Counted from the first letter of the stretch, positions 49,251 to 59,714 are shown. The stretch: 64,000 bases of DNA from Alphaproteobacteria bacterium (GCA_020632755.1 JACKEY010000006.1:136492-200491); one strand, 5' to 3'. Made by a program: numbers and translations. Notes: generated by a model not told the origin, from the sequence alone.

Positions 49251-50375
49251 GTGAAGGTGGTGATCCAAGGCGCCGGCATCGCCGGCCTGACCCTGGCCCG
49301 GGCACTGCAGCAGCGGGCCCCACGGGTGGAGTGGACCCTGGTCGAGCGGCTGCCGACGCTGCAGACCGCCGGCGCGGGCATCACGCTGGGGCCGAATGCC
49401 CTGAGGGTGCTCGACGCCCTGGGGCTGGGAGAGGCGCTGCGGGAGCGCGGCCAGCCGGTCCGCTTGCTCGAGGTCCAGGACCGCTCCGGCCGGGTGCTCA
49501 GCGCGATGCGCTTCCCCGACGCGGACGAGTTCGTGCTCGGCATCCACCGCACGGACCTGCACGAGGTGCTGGCCGAGGGCCTGCCGCTGACGACCGGACG
49601 CAGTGTCGCGTCTTGCGGCGCCGGGGAGGTGCACCTCGACGACGGCAGCCGCCTCGACGCGGACCTGGTCGTCGGCGCCGACGGCATCGGGTCCTCCCTC
49701 CGCGCTTCCCTCGAGCCCCTCCCCCGGATCTACGCCGGCTACACCTGCTGGCGGCTGGTGGTGGACGATCCGGTCGGCCTCTCCCACGGCATCGAGCTGT
49801 GGGGCCACGGCCAGCGAGCGGGACTGCTGCCGATCGGCCCGAAGCACGCGCCGCGGCTGTATGCCTTCCTGGTCGAGAACGCGCCGGCCGGCACGCCCGA
49901 TGCTCCGACGGATCGCGTCGACCTGGCCCAGCGCTTCTCCGGCTTCCCCCCCGCGGTGCGCGCCGTCATCGATGCCCTGCCTGCCGACGGCGCCCTCCTG
50001 CACCACGACATCGAGTCCCACGCGCACCCCTGCTGGGGCCGAGGCGCGCTCGTGCTGATCGGCGACGCCGCCCACGCGCTCACGCCCAACATGGGCCAGG
50101 GCGCCGCGATGGCGATCGAAGACGCGTGGGAGCTCGCCGGCCTGCTGGCCCGGGAACCGGTGCCCGCCGACCTGCCCGCTGCCCTGGCCGCGGTACGCGG
50201 CGCCCGGGTGCGCCACGTGGTGCAGACCTCCGAGCGCATCGGCCGGGTCGCGCAGTGGTCCCACCCCCTGGCCTGCTGGATCCGCGACACTTCGGCCCGG
50301 TTCACCCCCGACGCGGTCGGCGAAGGACAGGCCCGGCGGGTCTTCCACGGAGGCCCCGTCTGCGCAGCCGGCTAG
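49251..50375 (+). CDS. FAD-dependent monooxygenase (salicylate-hydroxylase/UbiH-like).
   Basis: GxGxxG (VVIQGAGIAGLTLA). GDAAHALTPNMGQGAAMAIEDA FAD-binding motif. Immediately downstream of the TetR gene. Confidence 0.8.
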   Translation: MKVVIQGAGIAGLTLARALQQRAPRVEWTLVERLPTLQTAGAGITLGPNALRVLDALGLGEALRERGQPVRLLEVQDRSGRVLSAMRFPDADEFVLGIHRTDLHEVLAEGLPLTTGRSVASCGAGEVHLDDGSRLDADLVVGADGIGSSLRASLEPLPRIYAGYTCWRLVVDDPVGLSHGIELWGHGQRAGLLPIGPKHAPRLYAFLVENAPAGTPDAPTDRVDLAQRFSGFPPAVRAVIDALPADGALLHHDIESHAHPCWGRGALVLIGDAAHALTPNMGQGAAMAIEDAWELAGLLAREPVPADLPAALAAVRGARVRHVVQTSERIGRVAQWSHPLACWIRDTSARFTPDAVGEGQARRVFHGGPVCAAG

Positions 50376-50412
50376 CCGGACAGCTGCACCCGCCTCTCCC
50401 GCCCCGCCGGGC

Positions 50413-50880
50413 CTACACCAGCCGTCCGCCCAGGGTGGCGGCGATGCGCTCGGCATAGGTCTTCATCTGCTTGCCGCTGATCACCGGGATCGCACGCTGC
50501 ACGGCGGGCCGGAACACCCGCGGGCAGGGCACGGACAGGTCCAGCCGGGTCTGGAAGGCCAGCTGGCAGCCGGCGCCCAGCGGCAGCACGGTCCAGCTGC
50601 CGGCCGCGGCGAGGTTCTCGCGCTGCACGGTCTCCCAGCGCACGACCCGTGCGGCGGGGTCCAGGTGGTACTGCGCGGTGTAGCTGGCGTCGAAGTGCAC
50701 GGGCCCGACCTCGAAGCGGGCCAGCCGCCAGCGGTAGCGGAGCCCGCCCAGGTCGTCGAGCCCGTCCAGGCCGGGGAAGTGCGAGACCGACCGCGGCACG
50801 TCGGAGACCAGCGCCCAGGCGACGTCGGGCGCGCAGGGCGCCTGGACCAGGTGGGACAGGGACAGCTGGGCTTCGACCAT
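50413..50880 (-). CDS. SRPBCC (polyketide cyclase/START-like) superfamily protein.
   Basis: 155-aa ORF with an SRPBCC-like pattern. Confidence 0.55.
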   Translation of the reverse strand: MVEAQLSLSHLVQAPCAPDVAWALVSDVPRSVSHFPGLDGLDDLGGLRYRWRLARFEVGPVHFDASYTAQYHLDPAARVVRWETVQRENLAAAGSWTVLPLGAGCQLAFQTRLDLSVPCPRVFRPAVQRAIPVISGKQMKTYAERIAATLGGRLV

Positions 50881-50890
50881 CGGCAGGCCC

Positions 50891-51886
50891 TCAGCGCAGG
50901 GTGGTGCTGGGCACGCAGAGCTCGAGCGCCGCTTCGGTCGCCGGCACGCCGCGCTGCGTGGCGGTCGGCACCAGGAAGCAGGTGCGCCCGCCCTGGGGGT
51001 TGGTGACCATGGCGCTCGGCAGGCGGGTGCCGTCCGGCAGCCGCCGCTCGCCCGTGCTGAACGGCGCCTCCACCCGCCCGACGGGGTGGCCGGAGGGCAG
51101 CGAGATCACGGCCCCCTTGCGGATGGTCGCCTGGCGGTCGGTCTCGGGCACGTCGGTCATCACCTGGGCGGCCGACCGGCCGGGCGGCGACTCGGCGTCC
51201 CAGGGCAGCACGACGCGGGCGCAGCTGTCGGCGAGGGCCACCCCCCCGTCGTCGAGCCAGTCGGCGCGCAGCTTCTGGTCGGGGCGGAGGGAGGGCTGCA
51301 GCCAGGTCCAGGTGGCGAGCTTGCCGGGGTCGACGTCCATGGCCCGGCCGTCGGGCCAGCGGGGAGGCGCCGGCGGGCCGGACACGCGGTCGCTGTTGGC
51401 CACGCTTCCGTCGGCCACGACGCGGGCCTGGCCCAGGTCGACGACCAGGATCTCGTGGTCTTCGGCGGGGAGGAGGGGCTGCCCCGGGGCGAGGGCCAGG
51501 GTGCCGCCGTGGTCGAGCGCGATCGAGGCCGGCTCGGTCACGAGCGGCAGCAGCGCCTCGCGGGGCACGTCGGCCTGCAGGCCCAGGTCGACGAGGCCGT
51601 GGGGAGGGCCCTCGATGCAGGTCCGGGTCGGCGGTCGCTCCCAGGCCAGCACGACGGAGTCGCCCTGCTCGGCCACCAGCCGGCCCAGCCAGGCGCCGGT
51701 GCGGGTGGCCCCGCTGAACCGCACGCAGGGCGCGCTCTCGGCGAGCTCGGCCGGGGCGCCGTGCAGGCAGACGATGGCGTCTTCGTCGACGGCCATCCAG
51801 ACCGAGCCGCTCGGCGCAGGGGCGGGGGAGGGAGGAGCCTGGGCCAGGGCCGGCGCCAGGGCGCCCGCGAGCATGAGCATCAGCAT
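50891..51886 (-). CDS. Secreted hypothetical protein.
   Basis: Start MLMLMLAGALAPALAQA (signal peptide). The rest of the 1277-aa ORF in the track is shadow. Confidence 0.5.
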   Translation of the reverse strand: MLMLMLAGALAPALAQAPPSPAPAPSGSVWMAVDEDAIVCLHGAPAELAESAPCVRFSGATRTGAWLGRLVAEQGDSVVLAWERPPTRTCIEGPPHGLVDLGLQADVPREALLPLVTEPASIALDHGGTLALAPGQPLLPAEDHEILVVDLGQARVVADGSVANSDRVSGPPAPPRWPDGRAMDVDPGKLATWTWLQPSLRPDQKLRADWLDDGGVALADSCARVVLPWDAESPPGRSAAQVMTDVPETDRQATIRKGAVISLPSGHPVGRVEAPFSTGERRLPDGTRLPSAMVTNPQGGRTCFLVPTATQRGVPATEAALELCVPSTTLR

Positions 51887-51943
51887 GGCCGCACGGTAGC
51901 CGATAGAGCGGCCCTCCTCCCCCACGAGCCCGCCGGAGCCCCC

Positions 51944-52630
51944 ATGAAGGTCGAGCCCATCACCGTCGGCGCCTTCCAGGTCAACACCTACCTCCTGACC
52001 GACGAAGCCACCGGCCACGCCGCCGTGGTCGACACCGGCGAGACCGACGAGCTTCCCCGGCGCCTCCTCGCCCGGGACCCGGTCCCCGACGTGAAGATGA
52101 TCCTGCTCACCCACGCGCACCTGGACCACGCCGGCGCCCTGCCCGCCCTGCAGGCCGCCTTCGACGTGCCCACGTACATGCCCCGCAAGGAACAGCCGCT
52201 GTTCGACACCCTGCCGGTCCAGGCGCAGATGTTCGGCGTGCCGATGCCGCCCCTGCAGTGCGGGCGGATCGACCACCGGGCCGACGACGGCGACACCGTG
52301 CAGCTCGGCGAGACCACCCTGCGCTTCCTGTCGACCCCCGGGCACACCCCCGGTCAGGGCTGCTGGCACGACGACCACGACATCGTCGTCGGCGACACCC
52401 TGTTCAAGGGCAGCATCGGCCGCACCGACTTCCCGATGTCCGACCCGCAGCTGATGGTCGACAGCCTGCGCCGCCTGCTGGCCCTGCCCGGCCACCTGCG
52501 CGTCTGGTCCGGCCACGGCCCGGTCACGACCCTCGACGACGAGCTGCGGACCAACCCCTTCCTGGGCTTCCTGCGCCGCGAGCGCGGCATCGCCGGGCCG
52601 CCCGGATTCCGGTGGGCGCCGGGGACCTGA
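51944..52630 (+). CDS. MBL-fold metallo-hydrolase (glyoxalase II-like).
   Basis: THAHLDHAG metal-binding motif and the downstream His/Asp ligands. Confidence 0.8.
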   Translation: MKVEPITVGAFQVNTYLLTDEATGHAAVVDTGETDELPRRLLARDPVPDVKMILLTHAHLDHAGALPALQAAFDVPTYMPRKEQPLFDTLPVQAQMFGVPMPPLQCGRIDHRADDGDTVQLGETTLRFLSTPGHTPGQGCWHDDHDIVVGDTLFKGSIGRTDFPMSDPQLMVDSLRRLLALPGHLRVWSGHGPVTTLDDELRTNPFLGFLRRERGIAGPPGFRWAPGT

Positions 52631-52650
52631 CGGCGCCGGGAACCTGACGC

Positions 52651-54801
52651 CTACTCGCCCAGCAGCTCGTCCAGGATCCACTTCGCCGGTGCACCCTCGA
52701 CGTCGTCGAGCATCCACAGGATGTAGCGCACATCGACGTGGATGCTGCGCGTCAGGTCGTCGTCGAACAGCCAGTCCGCGCTCATCGCCTCGTAGTTGCC
52801 GTCGAAGATGAGCCCGACCAGCTCGCCCTTGGCGTTGATGGTGGCCGACCCGGAGTTGCCGCCGGTGGTGTCCAGGGTCGCCAGGAAGTCGACCGGTACG
52901 TCGCCCAGGTCGGGGTCCGCCCACCGGCTCTGCGGCGAGCGGGCCGCGGCGGCCAGCACCTTGTCGGGGGCGTCGAAGGGATCGTCGCCGGCCTTCTCGA
53001 CGACGCCGGCCACGGTGGTGTGCGGCAGGTGCCAGACGCCGTCGCGGGGCTGGTAGCCCTTCACCTGGCCGAAGGTCACGCGCAGGGTGCTGTCGGCGTC
53101 GGGGTAGACCGCGCCGGGGCGGCTGCCCAGCAGGGCCTGCATGTACTGGGGACCCAGCCGCAGCCCGGCGCCGGCGCGCTCGTCGGCTTCGTCGCGGCGG
53201 GGCGCGTCCCAGGCCTCGAGGGCCAGCGCGAGCTGGATCCACGGGTCCTGCGACGCCTTCAGCCCGGCCAGGTCGGTCTCGAGCAGGGCCTGGCGGGCCG
53301 CGGCGTCGGCCAGCGCGGGCGCCTGGAACAGCAGGTCCACGGTCGCGTCGGCGCCGCCGTGGGCCGCCACGAAGGCGTCGAGGGCGGGGATGCGCTGGTC
53401 GGCGGGCAGGGCGGCGTGGCGGGCCAGCAGCATCGCCAGCACGCGGCGATCGGCCGGCAGCCACAGGCTCTTGTCCATGCGGGCGAAGCGCGCGGCGATG
53501 CGGTCCTCGTCGCGCTGCTGGTAGCCGGCGTCCCGCTCCAGATCGGGCTTCTGGCGCTCGGTGGCCAGCCGCACGGCGGTGTCGGCCACGCCGAGCAGGT
53601 CGACGTAGGACAGGAGCCGCCCGTGCAGCACGTCCTGGGCCCAGCGCTGCGAGCGCTCCTCGTGGCGGGCGTGCAGCTCGTCCAGGACCGGCCCGTAGAT
53701 GCGCGTGCGCACGCGGTCGGCGGCGATCCAGTCGCGCAGCGCCTGCTCGCGGGCCTCGACCCGCTCGACCACCCGGGACCGGCGGAAGTTGTCGAGCATG
53801 CCCTGGCGGTACTTGCGGCCGTTCTCGATCCAGCCGATGGGCGCGGCCAGCCGGGCGGCGGCTTCGTCGCTCTTGCCGGCCTCGTCGCGCAGGATGGCCA
53901 GGGACTGGTCGGCGACCTCGATGCTGTCGGGGTACTCGACGTCGCGGGCGAAGCGCAGGGACTCGGCGCGGGCGTAGCGGCTGGTGCGACCGGGGAAGCC
54001 GGCGACCATGACCAGCTCGCCGTCCTGGGCGCCGGTCGGGTCGATGGGCAGCCAGTGCGGCGGCCGGTAGGGCACGTTGTCGGGGCTGTAGTCGGCACTC
54101 TGCCCGTCGGGGGCGACGTAGGCCCGCAGCAGCGAGAAGTCGCCGCTGTGCCGCGGCCACATCCAGTTGTCGATCTCCCCGCCGTAGTCGCCCACCCGCT
54201 CGTGCGGGGCGTAGACCACGCGCACGTCGCGCAGCTCCTTGTGGCGCAGCAGCTTGTACTCGAGCCCGCTGTACATCGTCGCCACGCGGCAGCGGGTGTC
54301 GGGCGTCGCCTCGCAGGCCGCCACGATCTCCTTCTCCGCGCGGTCGATGCGCGCCTCGCGCTGCTTGTCCGACAGCCGCTTCGGCAGCTTGCCGACGACC
54401 TGGTCGGTGACGTCGCTGATCTCCTCCACGATCCACAGCCGGGCGCCGGGGCCGGCGGACAGCTCCTGGTCGCGGGATGGCGCCAGGTAGCCCTCCCGTG
54501 CCCGGTTCTCCTCGGCCGAGGACAGCTGCTGCAGGTAGCCGGCGACGCAGTGGTGGTTCGTCGCGATGAGCCCGTCGGGGCTCACGAAGCTGGCCGAGCA
54601 GAAGCCCAGGCTGACGATGGCGCCGAGCGGCGCCTGTTCGGGGTCGGACAGCTGGTCGAGCGGCAGCTGCAGCCCCAGCTCGTCCAGGCGCTCGGCGTGG
54701 TCGCGCAGCTGCTCGGGCAGCCACATGCCTTCGTCGGCGTGCGCCGGGGTCCCGAGCAGGGGGGAGGGGAGGAGGAGGAGGGCGAGGAGGGAGGGCAGCA
54801 C
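52651..54801 (-). CDS. S46-family dipeptidyl-peptidase (DPP7/DPP11-like), secreted.
   Basis: GTG start gives a signal peptide ending AHA/DEGMWLP (characteristic S46 N-terminus). ATNHHC (His) and TTGGNSGS (Ser) catalytic motifs. Confidence 0.8.
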   Translation of the reverse strand: MLPSLLALLLLPSPLLGTPAHADEGMWLPEQLRDHAERLDELGLQLPLDQLSDPEQAPLGAIVSLGFCSASFVSPDGLIATNHHCVAGYLQQLSSAEENRAREGYLAPSRDQELSAGPGARLWIVEEISDVTDQVVGKLPKRLSDKQREARIDRAEKEIVAACEATPDTRCRVATMYSGLEYKLLRHKELRDVRVVYAPHERVGDYGGEIDNWMWPRHSGDFSLLRAYVAPDGQSADYSPDNVPYRPPHWLPIDPTGAQDGELVMVAGFPGRTSRYARAESLRFARDVEYPDSIEVADQSLAILRDEAGKSDEAAARLAAPIGWIENGRKYRQGMLDNFRRSRVVERVEAREQALRDWIAADRVRTRIYGPVLDELHARHEERSQRWAQDVLHGRLLSYVDLLGVADTAVRLATERQKPDLERDAGYQQRDEDRIAARFARMDKSLWLPADRRVLAMLLARHAALPADQRIPALDAFVAAHGGADATVDLLFQAPALADAAARQALLETDLAGLKASQDPWIQLALALEAWDAPRRDEADERAGAGLRLGPQYMQALLGSRPGAVYPDADSTLRVTFGQVKGYQPRDGVWHLPHTTVAGVVEKAGDDPFDAPDKVLAAAARSPQSRWADPDLGDVPVDFLATLDTTGGNSGSATINAKGELVGLIFDGNYEAMSADWLFDDDLTRSIHVDVRYILWMLDDVEGAPAKWILDELLGE

Positions 54802-54827
54802 GGGGACCTCGGGAAGGACCCCGCCCG

Positions 54828-57020
54828 CTATCCCTCTGCGCGGCCCGCTGCCGAGGAGGAGGCGTCCGCCTGGATGCCCGTCAGCGCGATGGTGAACACG
54901 ATGTCCTCGACCAGGCTGCCGCGGGAGAGGTCGTTGACCGGCCGCGCCAGGCCCTGGAGCACGGGGCCGATGCTGACCACGCCAGCGCTGCGCTGCACGG
55001 CCTTGTAGGTGGTGTTGCCCGTGTTCAGGTCGGGGAAGACGAACACGGTCGCCTGCCCGGCCACCGGCGACCCCGGCGCCTTCTTGGCGGCGACGGCGGG
55101 CACGACGGCGGCGTCGTACTGCATCGGTCCGTCCAGGCACAGGTCCGGGCGCAGGGCCCGCGCGAGCTCGGTGGCCCGGGCGACCTTCGCGACCTCGACG
55201 CCTTCGGCGCTCTGGCCCGTGGCGTAGGAGATCATCGCGACACGGGGCAGCACGCCGAAGGCGGCGGCGGTTTCGGCGGTCGCGACGGCGATCTCGGCGA
55301 GCTCTTCGGCGGTGGGGTCCGGGTTCACCGCGCAGTCGGCGAACACCAGCACGTTGTCGGGCAGCAGCATGAAGAAGCAGCTGCTGACCAGGTGCTGGCC
55401 CGGCTGGGTGCGGATGAGCTGCAGGGCCGGGCGGATGGTGTTGGCCGTCGTGTGCACGGCACCGCTGACCAGCCCGTCGACCTCGCCGCGCTGGAGCATC
55501 ATGGTGCCCAGGACCACGGTGTCGCGCAGCTGGTCGCGGGCCGCGCTCTCGGTCAGCCCCTTGTGGCGGCGCAGGGCGACCATCGGGGCGACGTAGGCGT
55601 CGGCCACGTCGGCGGGGGCGATGATCTCCAGGTCGGGCGGCAGGCTGACGCCGCGGTCGCTGGCCACGGCGCGGATGCGCGCCGGATCGCCCAGCAGCAC
55701 ACAGCGGGCGATGCCGCGGGCCTGGCAGAGGGCGGCGGCGGTGATGGTGCGGGGCTCTTCGCCCTCGGGCAGGACGATGCGGGCGCTGCGGGCCCGGGCG
55801 CGCTCGATGAGCTGGTGGCGGAAGGCTGCCGGCGACAGGCGCACGGCGCGCGGGGCCTCGACCAGCTCGGAGAGCCAGCGGGCGTCGATGTGGCTGGCCA
55901 CGTGGTTCATCGCGGCTTCGACCCGGCCCAGGTCGTCGACGGGCACGCGCATGTCCAGGGCGCCGACGCTGCGCGCCACGTCGAAGCTGCTGCCGCGGCG
56001 GTGCAGCAGGGGCAGGCCCTGGTCGAAGGCCCGCTTGCACAGGGCCAGGACCCGCGGATCCGGCGCTTCGTGGTGGGTCAGCAGGATGCCCGCCAGGCGG
56101 GTGCCGGCCAGGCTGGCCAGGCTGGCGGACATCAAGACGTCGTGGCGGTCCGGGGGCGTGATGATGAGCGCGCCCGGCCGGTAGGCGTCGAGCACCCCGG
56201 GCACCGTGCGGGCACAGACGGCGACCTCGCGCACGCGGCGGCGGTCGAGCTCGCCGGGGAACAGCACCTCGGCGTCGAGCGCTCGCGCCAGGTCGCTGAC
56301 CCGCGGGGCCATCAGCGCGGCCCGCACCGGGATCGCCCCCAGCAGGCTCAGGCCGCGCATGGCCAGCGCCTGCCGCCACGGGGCCAGCCGCTCCTCGTCG
56401 ACCCGCGCGCCCGCGCCGGACAGGGCCGCCGGCAGCGGCGCGACGTGGGCGCCCTCGGGCTCCTCCCCCTCGAGCATGTTCAGGACGACGCCCGCCGCGC
56501 CGCCATAGGCCCGGGCGGCGATCGCGGCTTCCTCGGCCACGTCGTCCGGCGCCCGCAGCACCCCGTCGGTCCCGCGGGCGCTGGCCACCAGCAGCACGTC
56601 GGCGTCGACGGTGCGGGCCAGGGCCTCGTTGACGGCCTGGGCGTACATCGCCTGCTCGGCCGCCCACAGCCCCTCGACCACGACCACGTCGGCTTCCGCC
56701 ATGCGCCCGGCCCGGTCGTGGCGCTGCACGACCTGCTCCATCAGGGTGTCGAGCTGGTCGGCCGACAACAGCTGCTCGGCGTCGTCGGCGGACACGGGGG
56801 TCGGCGGCAGCAGGCCGGTGGCGGCGGCGACCAGGGCGGTCGTGTGCTCCATCGGCTGGCCGCTGGCGTCGACGGGATCGTCGTCGCGCCCGGGCTGGCC
56901 GATGGGCTTGCAGAAGGCCGCGCGCAGGCCCTGGCGCTCCAGCGCACGCAGCAGGCCCAGGCAGACGGTGGTCAGGCCGACGCGGGGGCCGGCGGGAGCG
57001 ACGAGGAGGGTGCGGGGCAC
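54828..57020 (-). CDS. pta: Phosphate acetyltransferase, long form (N-terminal DRTGG/CobQ-like domain + PTA domain).
   Basis: 730 aa. The C-terminal PTA_PTB domain carries SRGS-type motifs. Confidence 0.85.
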   Translation of the reverse strand: MPRTLLVAPAGPRVGLTTVCLGLLRALERQGLRAAFCKPIGQPGRDDDPVDASGQPMEHTTALVAAATGLLPPTPVSADDAEQLLSADQLDTLMEQVVQRHDRAGRMAEADVVVVEGLWAAEQAMYAQAVNEALARTVDADVLLVASARGTDGVLRAPDDVAEEAAIAARAYGGAAGVVLNMLEGEEPEGAHVAPLPAALSGAGARVDEERLAPWRQALAMRGLSLLGAIPVRAALMAPRVSDLARALDAEVLFPGELDRRRVREVAVCARTVPGVLDAYRPGALIITPPDRHDVLMSASLASLAGTRLAGILLTHHEAPDPRVLALCKRAFDQGLPLLHRRGSSFDVARSVGALDMRVPVDDLGRVEAAMNHVASHIDARWLSELVEAPRAVRLSPAAFRHQLIERARARSARIVLPEGEEPRTITAAALCQARGIARCVLLGDPARIRAVASDRGVSLPPDLEIIAPADVADAYVAPMVALRRHKGLTESAARDQLRDTVVLGTMMLQRGEVDGLVSGAVHTTANTIRPALQLIRTQPGQHLVSSCFFMLLPDNVLVFADCAVNPDPTAEELAEIAVATAETAAAFGVLPRVAMISYATGQSAEGVEVAKVARATELARALRPDLCLDGPMQYDAAVVPAVAAKKAPGSPVAGQATVFVFPDLNTGNTTYKAVQRSAGVVSIGPVLQGLARPVNDLSRGSLVEDIVFTIALTGIQADASSSAAGRAEG

Positions 57021-57036
57021 GGGGCTTCCGGGGAGA

Positions 57037-59079
57037 TCAGTCGTCCATCCAGGCCAGCACCTGGTCCAGGCGCTCCTGGGCGGCGGGGTCCGAGGGCAGG
57101 CCGTCGCCGCCCCCGTCGGGCGGGGCCGGGGCCCGGCCGATCATGCGCTGCACGCGGTCGTCCAGGCCGGGCACCTCCTCGAGGAGCACGCAGCCGGGGC
57201 CGACGCCGAAGCTGCCGCGGCCCTCGACGAAGCGCGGCTGGTACAGCAGCAGGTGGCGCTTCGCGCGGGTGACGGCGACGTAGAGCAGCCGGCGCTCTTC
57301 TTCGAGGGCGTCGGGGTCGTCCAGGCTGTAGCCGCTCGGGAACTGGCCGTCGGCCAGGCGCAGGACCTGGACGCCGGTCCACTCGAGGCCCTTGGCGCTG
57401 TGCACGGTCGACAGGGTGAGCTGTTCGTCTTCTTCTTCGTCGGCTTCGGCGTCCGCGGCTTCCGGCGGGTCCAGGGCCACGTCGGCCAGGAAGGCGTCCA
57501 GGCTGTCGTAGCGGTCGGCCAGGACCGGCAGGGCCGTCAGGTCGCGCTCGCGCTTCCAGGCGTCGTCGTAGCGGGCGTCCAGCCCGGACCGCACGTACTC
57601 GACGGCGGCGTCGACCTGGCGGTGCAGGGGCAGGTCGCGCTGGACCCGCAGCAGGTCGATCAGCCGCTCCAGCTCGGCGTGCCAGGCGCGGCCGGCGAAG
57701 GCGTCGGCGTCGGACAGCCCGCCGGGGGCCAGGGCCGCGTCGATGATCCGGCCCGCCGTCTTGGGGCCGATGCCCTGGATCCACGACAACACCCGCAGCC
57801 AGGCGACCTCGTCGCGGGGGTTGGCGACCAGCCGCAGCAGGCTGAGCACGTCCTTGATGTGGGCGGCTTCCACGAAGCGCAGCCCGCCGTACTTGCGGAA
57901 GGGGATGCCCGCGCGGGTCAGGGCGCTCTCCAGCACCGCGCTGTGGAAGGCGGCGCGGAACAGCACCGCCTGGTCGGCGAGCCCGATGGCCGCCTCGCGC
58001 ATCGCCAGCACGTTGGCGACGACCACGTCGGCTTCCTGGCCGACGTCGGCCACCTCGACCAGCATCGGCCGCTCGGCGCCCTTGTGGTCGAGCTCGGTGT
58101 ACAGCCGCTTGTCGAAGCCCACAGAGAAGCTCTCGAGCACGCCGTTGGCCAGGTCGAGCACCGGCTGGGTGCTGCGGTAGTTCGCCTCGAGCTTCGTGAC
58201 CCGGGCGCCGGCGAAGACCTTGGGGAAGTCCAGGATGTTCTCGACCCGGGCCCCGCGGAAGGCGTAGATGGACTGGGCTTCGTCGCCCACCACCATCAGG
58301 TCGCCGTGGGCCGTGGCCAGCAGCGCCGCGATGTGGCCCTGGACGCGGTTGGTGTCCTGGTACTCGTCGACCAGCACATGCTGGCAGCGGCCGGCCACCC
58401 GGGCGCGGGCGTCGGCGTCGCGCCGCAGCAGGTCGCGCAGCAGCACCAGCAGGTCGTCGTAGTCGACGAGATCCGCCTGCTGCTTGCGGGCGGCGTAGGC
58501 CCGGGCGACGGCTTCGATGCCGTCCAGGTCGTCCAGGAAGCGCGGGTTGACCGCGTCCACCGCGTCCTGCAGCGAGCCGCCGGCGTTGGCCTGCCGGCTG
58601 ATGAACTTGAGCAGGGTCGCCTTGTTCGGGAAGCGTCGGCCGCCGGCGCCCACGCCCAGGTCGTTGCGCACCAGTCCGACCAGGTCTTCGGCGTCCCGGC
58701 GGTCCATGACCGTGAACTCGCCGCTGCGGCCGATGCGCTCGGCGAAGCCGTCGCGGGCCAGGGTGCGCAGGACCCGGCTGGCGTAGGCGTGGAAGGTGCC
58801 GCCCTGGACGCGGTGGGCCTTGGGACCGACCATCCGGCTGGCCCGATCCAGCATCTCGCGGGCCGCGCGCCGGGTGAAGGTGAGCAGCACGATGCCGGAG
58901 GGATCGGCGCCCTGTTCGAGCAGCCAGGCGACCCGGTGGACCAGGGTGCGCGTCTTGCCGGTGCCCGCGCCGGCCACCACCAGGTGGAAGCCGGACGGCG
59001 CCGTCACGGCCGCCCGCTGGGCGTCGTTGAGGCCGGTCAGGTCGACGCCGGCCCCGGGTGCAGCGGGACGCCCGCTCAC
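57037..59079 (-). CDS. UvrD/PcrA/Rep-family ATP-dependent DNA helicase.
   Basis: Walker A AGAGTGKT, DEYQDT (motif II), and the QSIYAFRGA, YRST, VHSAKGLEW and VAVTRA motifs. The GTG start overlaps the stop of the upstream gene (GTGA). Confidence 0.85.
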   Translation of the reverse strand: MSGRPAAPGAGVDLTGLNDAQRAAVTAPSGFHLVVAGAGTGKTRTLVHRVAWLLEQGADPSGIVLLTFTRRAAREMLDRASRMVGPKAHRVQGGTFHAYASRVLRTLARDGFAERIGRSGEFTVMDRRDAEDLVGLVRNDLGVGAGGRRFPNKATLLKFISRQANAGGSLQDAVDAVNPRFLDDLDGIEAVARAYAARKQQADLVDYDDLLVLLRDLLRRDADARARVAGRCQHVLVDEYQDTNRVQGHIAALLATAHGDLMVVGDEAQSIYAFRGARVENILDFPKVFAGARVTKLEANYRSTQPVLDLANGVLESFSVGFDKRLYTELDHKGAERPMLVEVADVGQEADVVVANVLAMREAAIGLADQAVLFRAAFHSAVLESALTRAGIPFRKYGGLRFVEAAHIKDVLSLLRLVANPRDEVAWLRVLSWIQGIGPKTAGRIIDAALAPGGLSDADAFAGRAWHAELERLIDLLRVQRDLPLHRQVDAAVEYVRSGLDARYDDAWKRERDLTALPVLADRYDSLDAFLADVALDPPEAADAEADEEEDEQLTLSTVHSAKGLEWTGVQVLRLADGQFPSGYSLDDPDALEEERRLLYVAVTRAKRHLLLYQPRFVEGRGSFGVGPGCVLLEEVPGLDDRVQRMIGRAPAPPDGGGDGLPSDPAAQERLDQVLAWMDD

Positions 59080-59714
59080 GCCGGCTTGCTGACCGGGAAG
59101 CGGCCGGGCAGCGCGTCCGGCGCGTCGATCATGCCGAAGAAGGCGATGCGGTGGCGCTTGATGGTGCCGCTGGCGTCGATGATGCCGCCTTCGCTGACCA
59201 GGGGCTCGGCGAAGCCCAGCTCGAACACGTCGCAGGGCCGGCCGGTCCCGAAGGCGGCCGGGTAGACCATGGCGCCGCCGTCGGCGTGCACCTTGTAGAT
59301 CGGGCCGATGCCGTCGGCGTCCACGTGCAGCAGGGGTGCTTCGGTGCGGACCCAGTACCAGCCGTCGGCCAGGGGCACCGAGCCCTTGGTGTGCGACCCG
59401 GGCACGTGCTCCAGGCTGGCGGTCTGCTCGCCCGGGGCCAGGGGGCCCGCGTAGAAGGTCAGGTAGCGCAGGCCGGCGTCTTCGTCGGTCGGCACCAGGC
59501 TGTCGGCGGACAGGTCGCGCAGGTCGGTGAGCGGGCTCTGCACGGTGCCGTCGGCATGCACGTAGACCGGAAGGATCACGCCCTGGTCGGCGTCGTAGGC
59601 CCGCGGGCCCGTGTTCAGCGGCCGGTAGACCCAGTACCAGCCGGGGTGCTCTTCGGCCTGGGCGCGGAAGGAGGAGCCGTCGTGGCCGACGGAGAGCCAC
59701 TGCAAGGACGCCAT
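59076..59714 (-). CDS. Hypothetical protein with repeated GWYWV motifs, translationally coupled to the helicase.
   Basis: Internal Met start (MASLQWLSVGHD) with a GGAG SD. The 4-nt overlap with the helicase start suggests co-translation. Confidence 0.5.
   Translation of the reverse strand: MASLQWLSVGHDGSSFRAQAEEHPGWYWVYRPLNTGPRAYDADQGVILPVYVHADGTVQSPLTDLRDLSADSLVPTDEDAGLRYLTFYAGPLAPGEQTASLEHVPGSHTKGSVPLADGWYWVRTEAPLLHVDADGIGPIYKVHADGGAMVYPAAFGTGRPCDVFELGFAEPLVSEGGIIDASGTIKRHRIAFFGMIDAPDALPGRFPVSKPA

Noticed and set aside
50891-54724. 1277-aa and 1338-aa ORFs spanning 50891-56667.
   Set aside because: Only the C-terminal portions are real (a secreted protein from 51886 and the S46 peptidase from 54801). 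The upstream parts are Arg-rich shadows overlapping the MBL hydrolase and pta on other frames.
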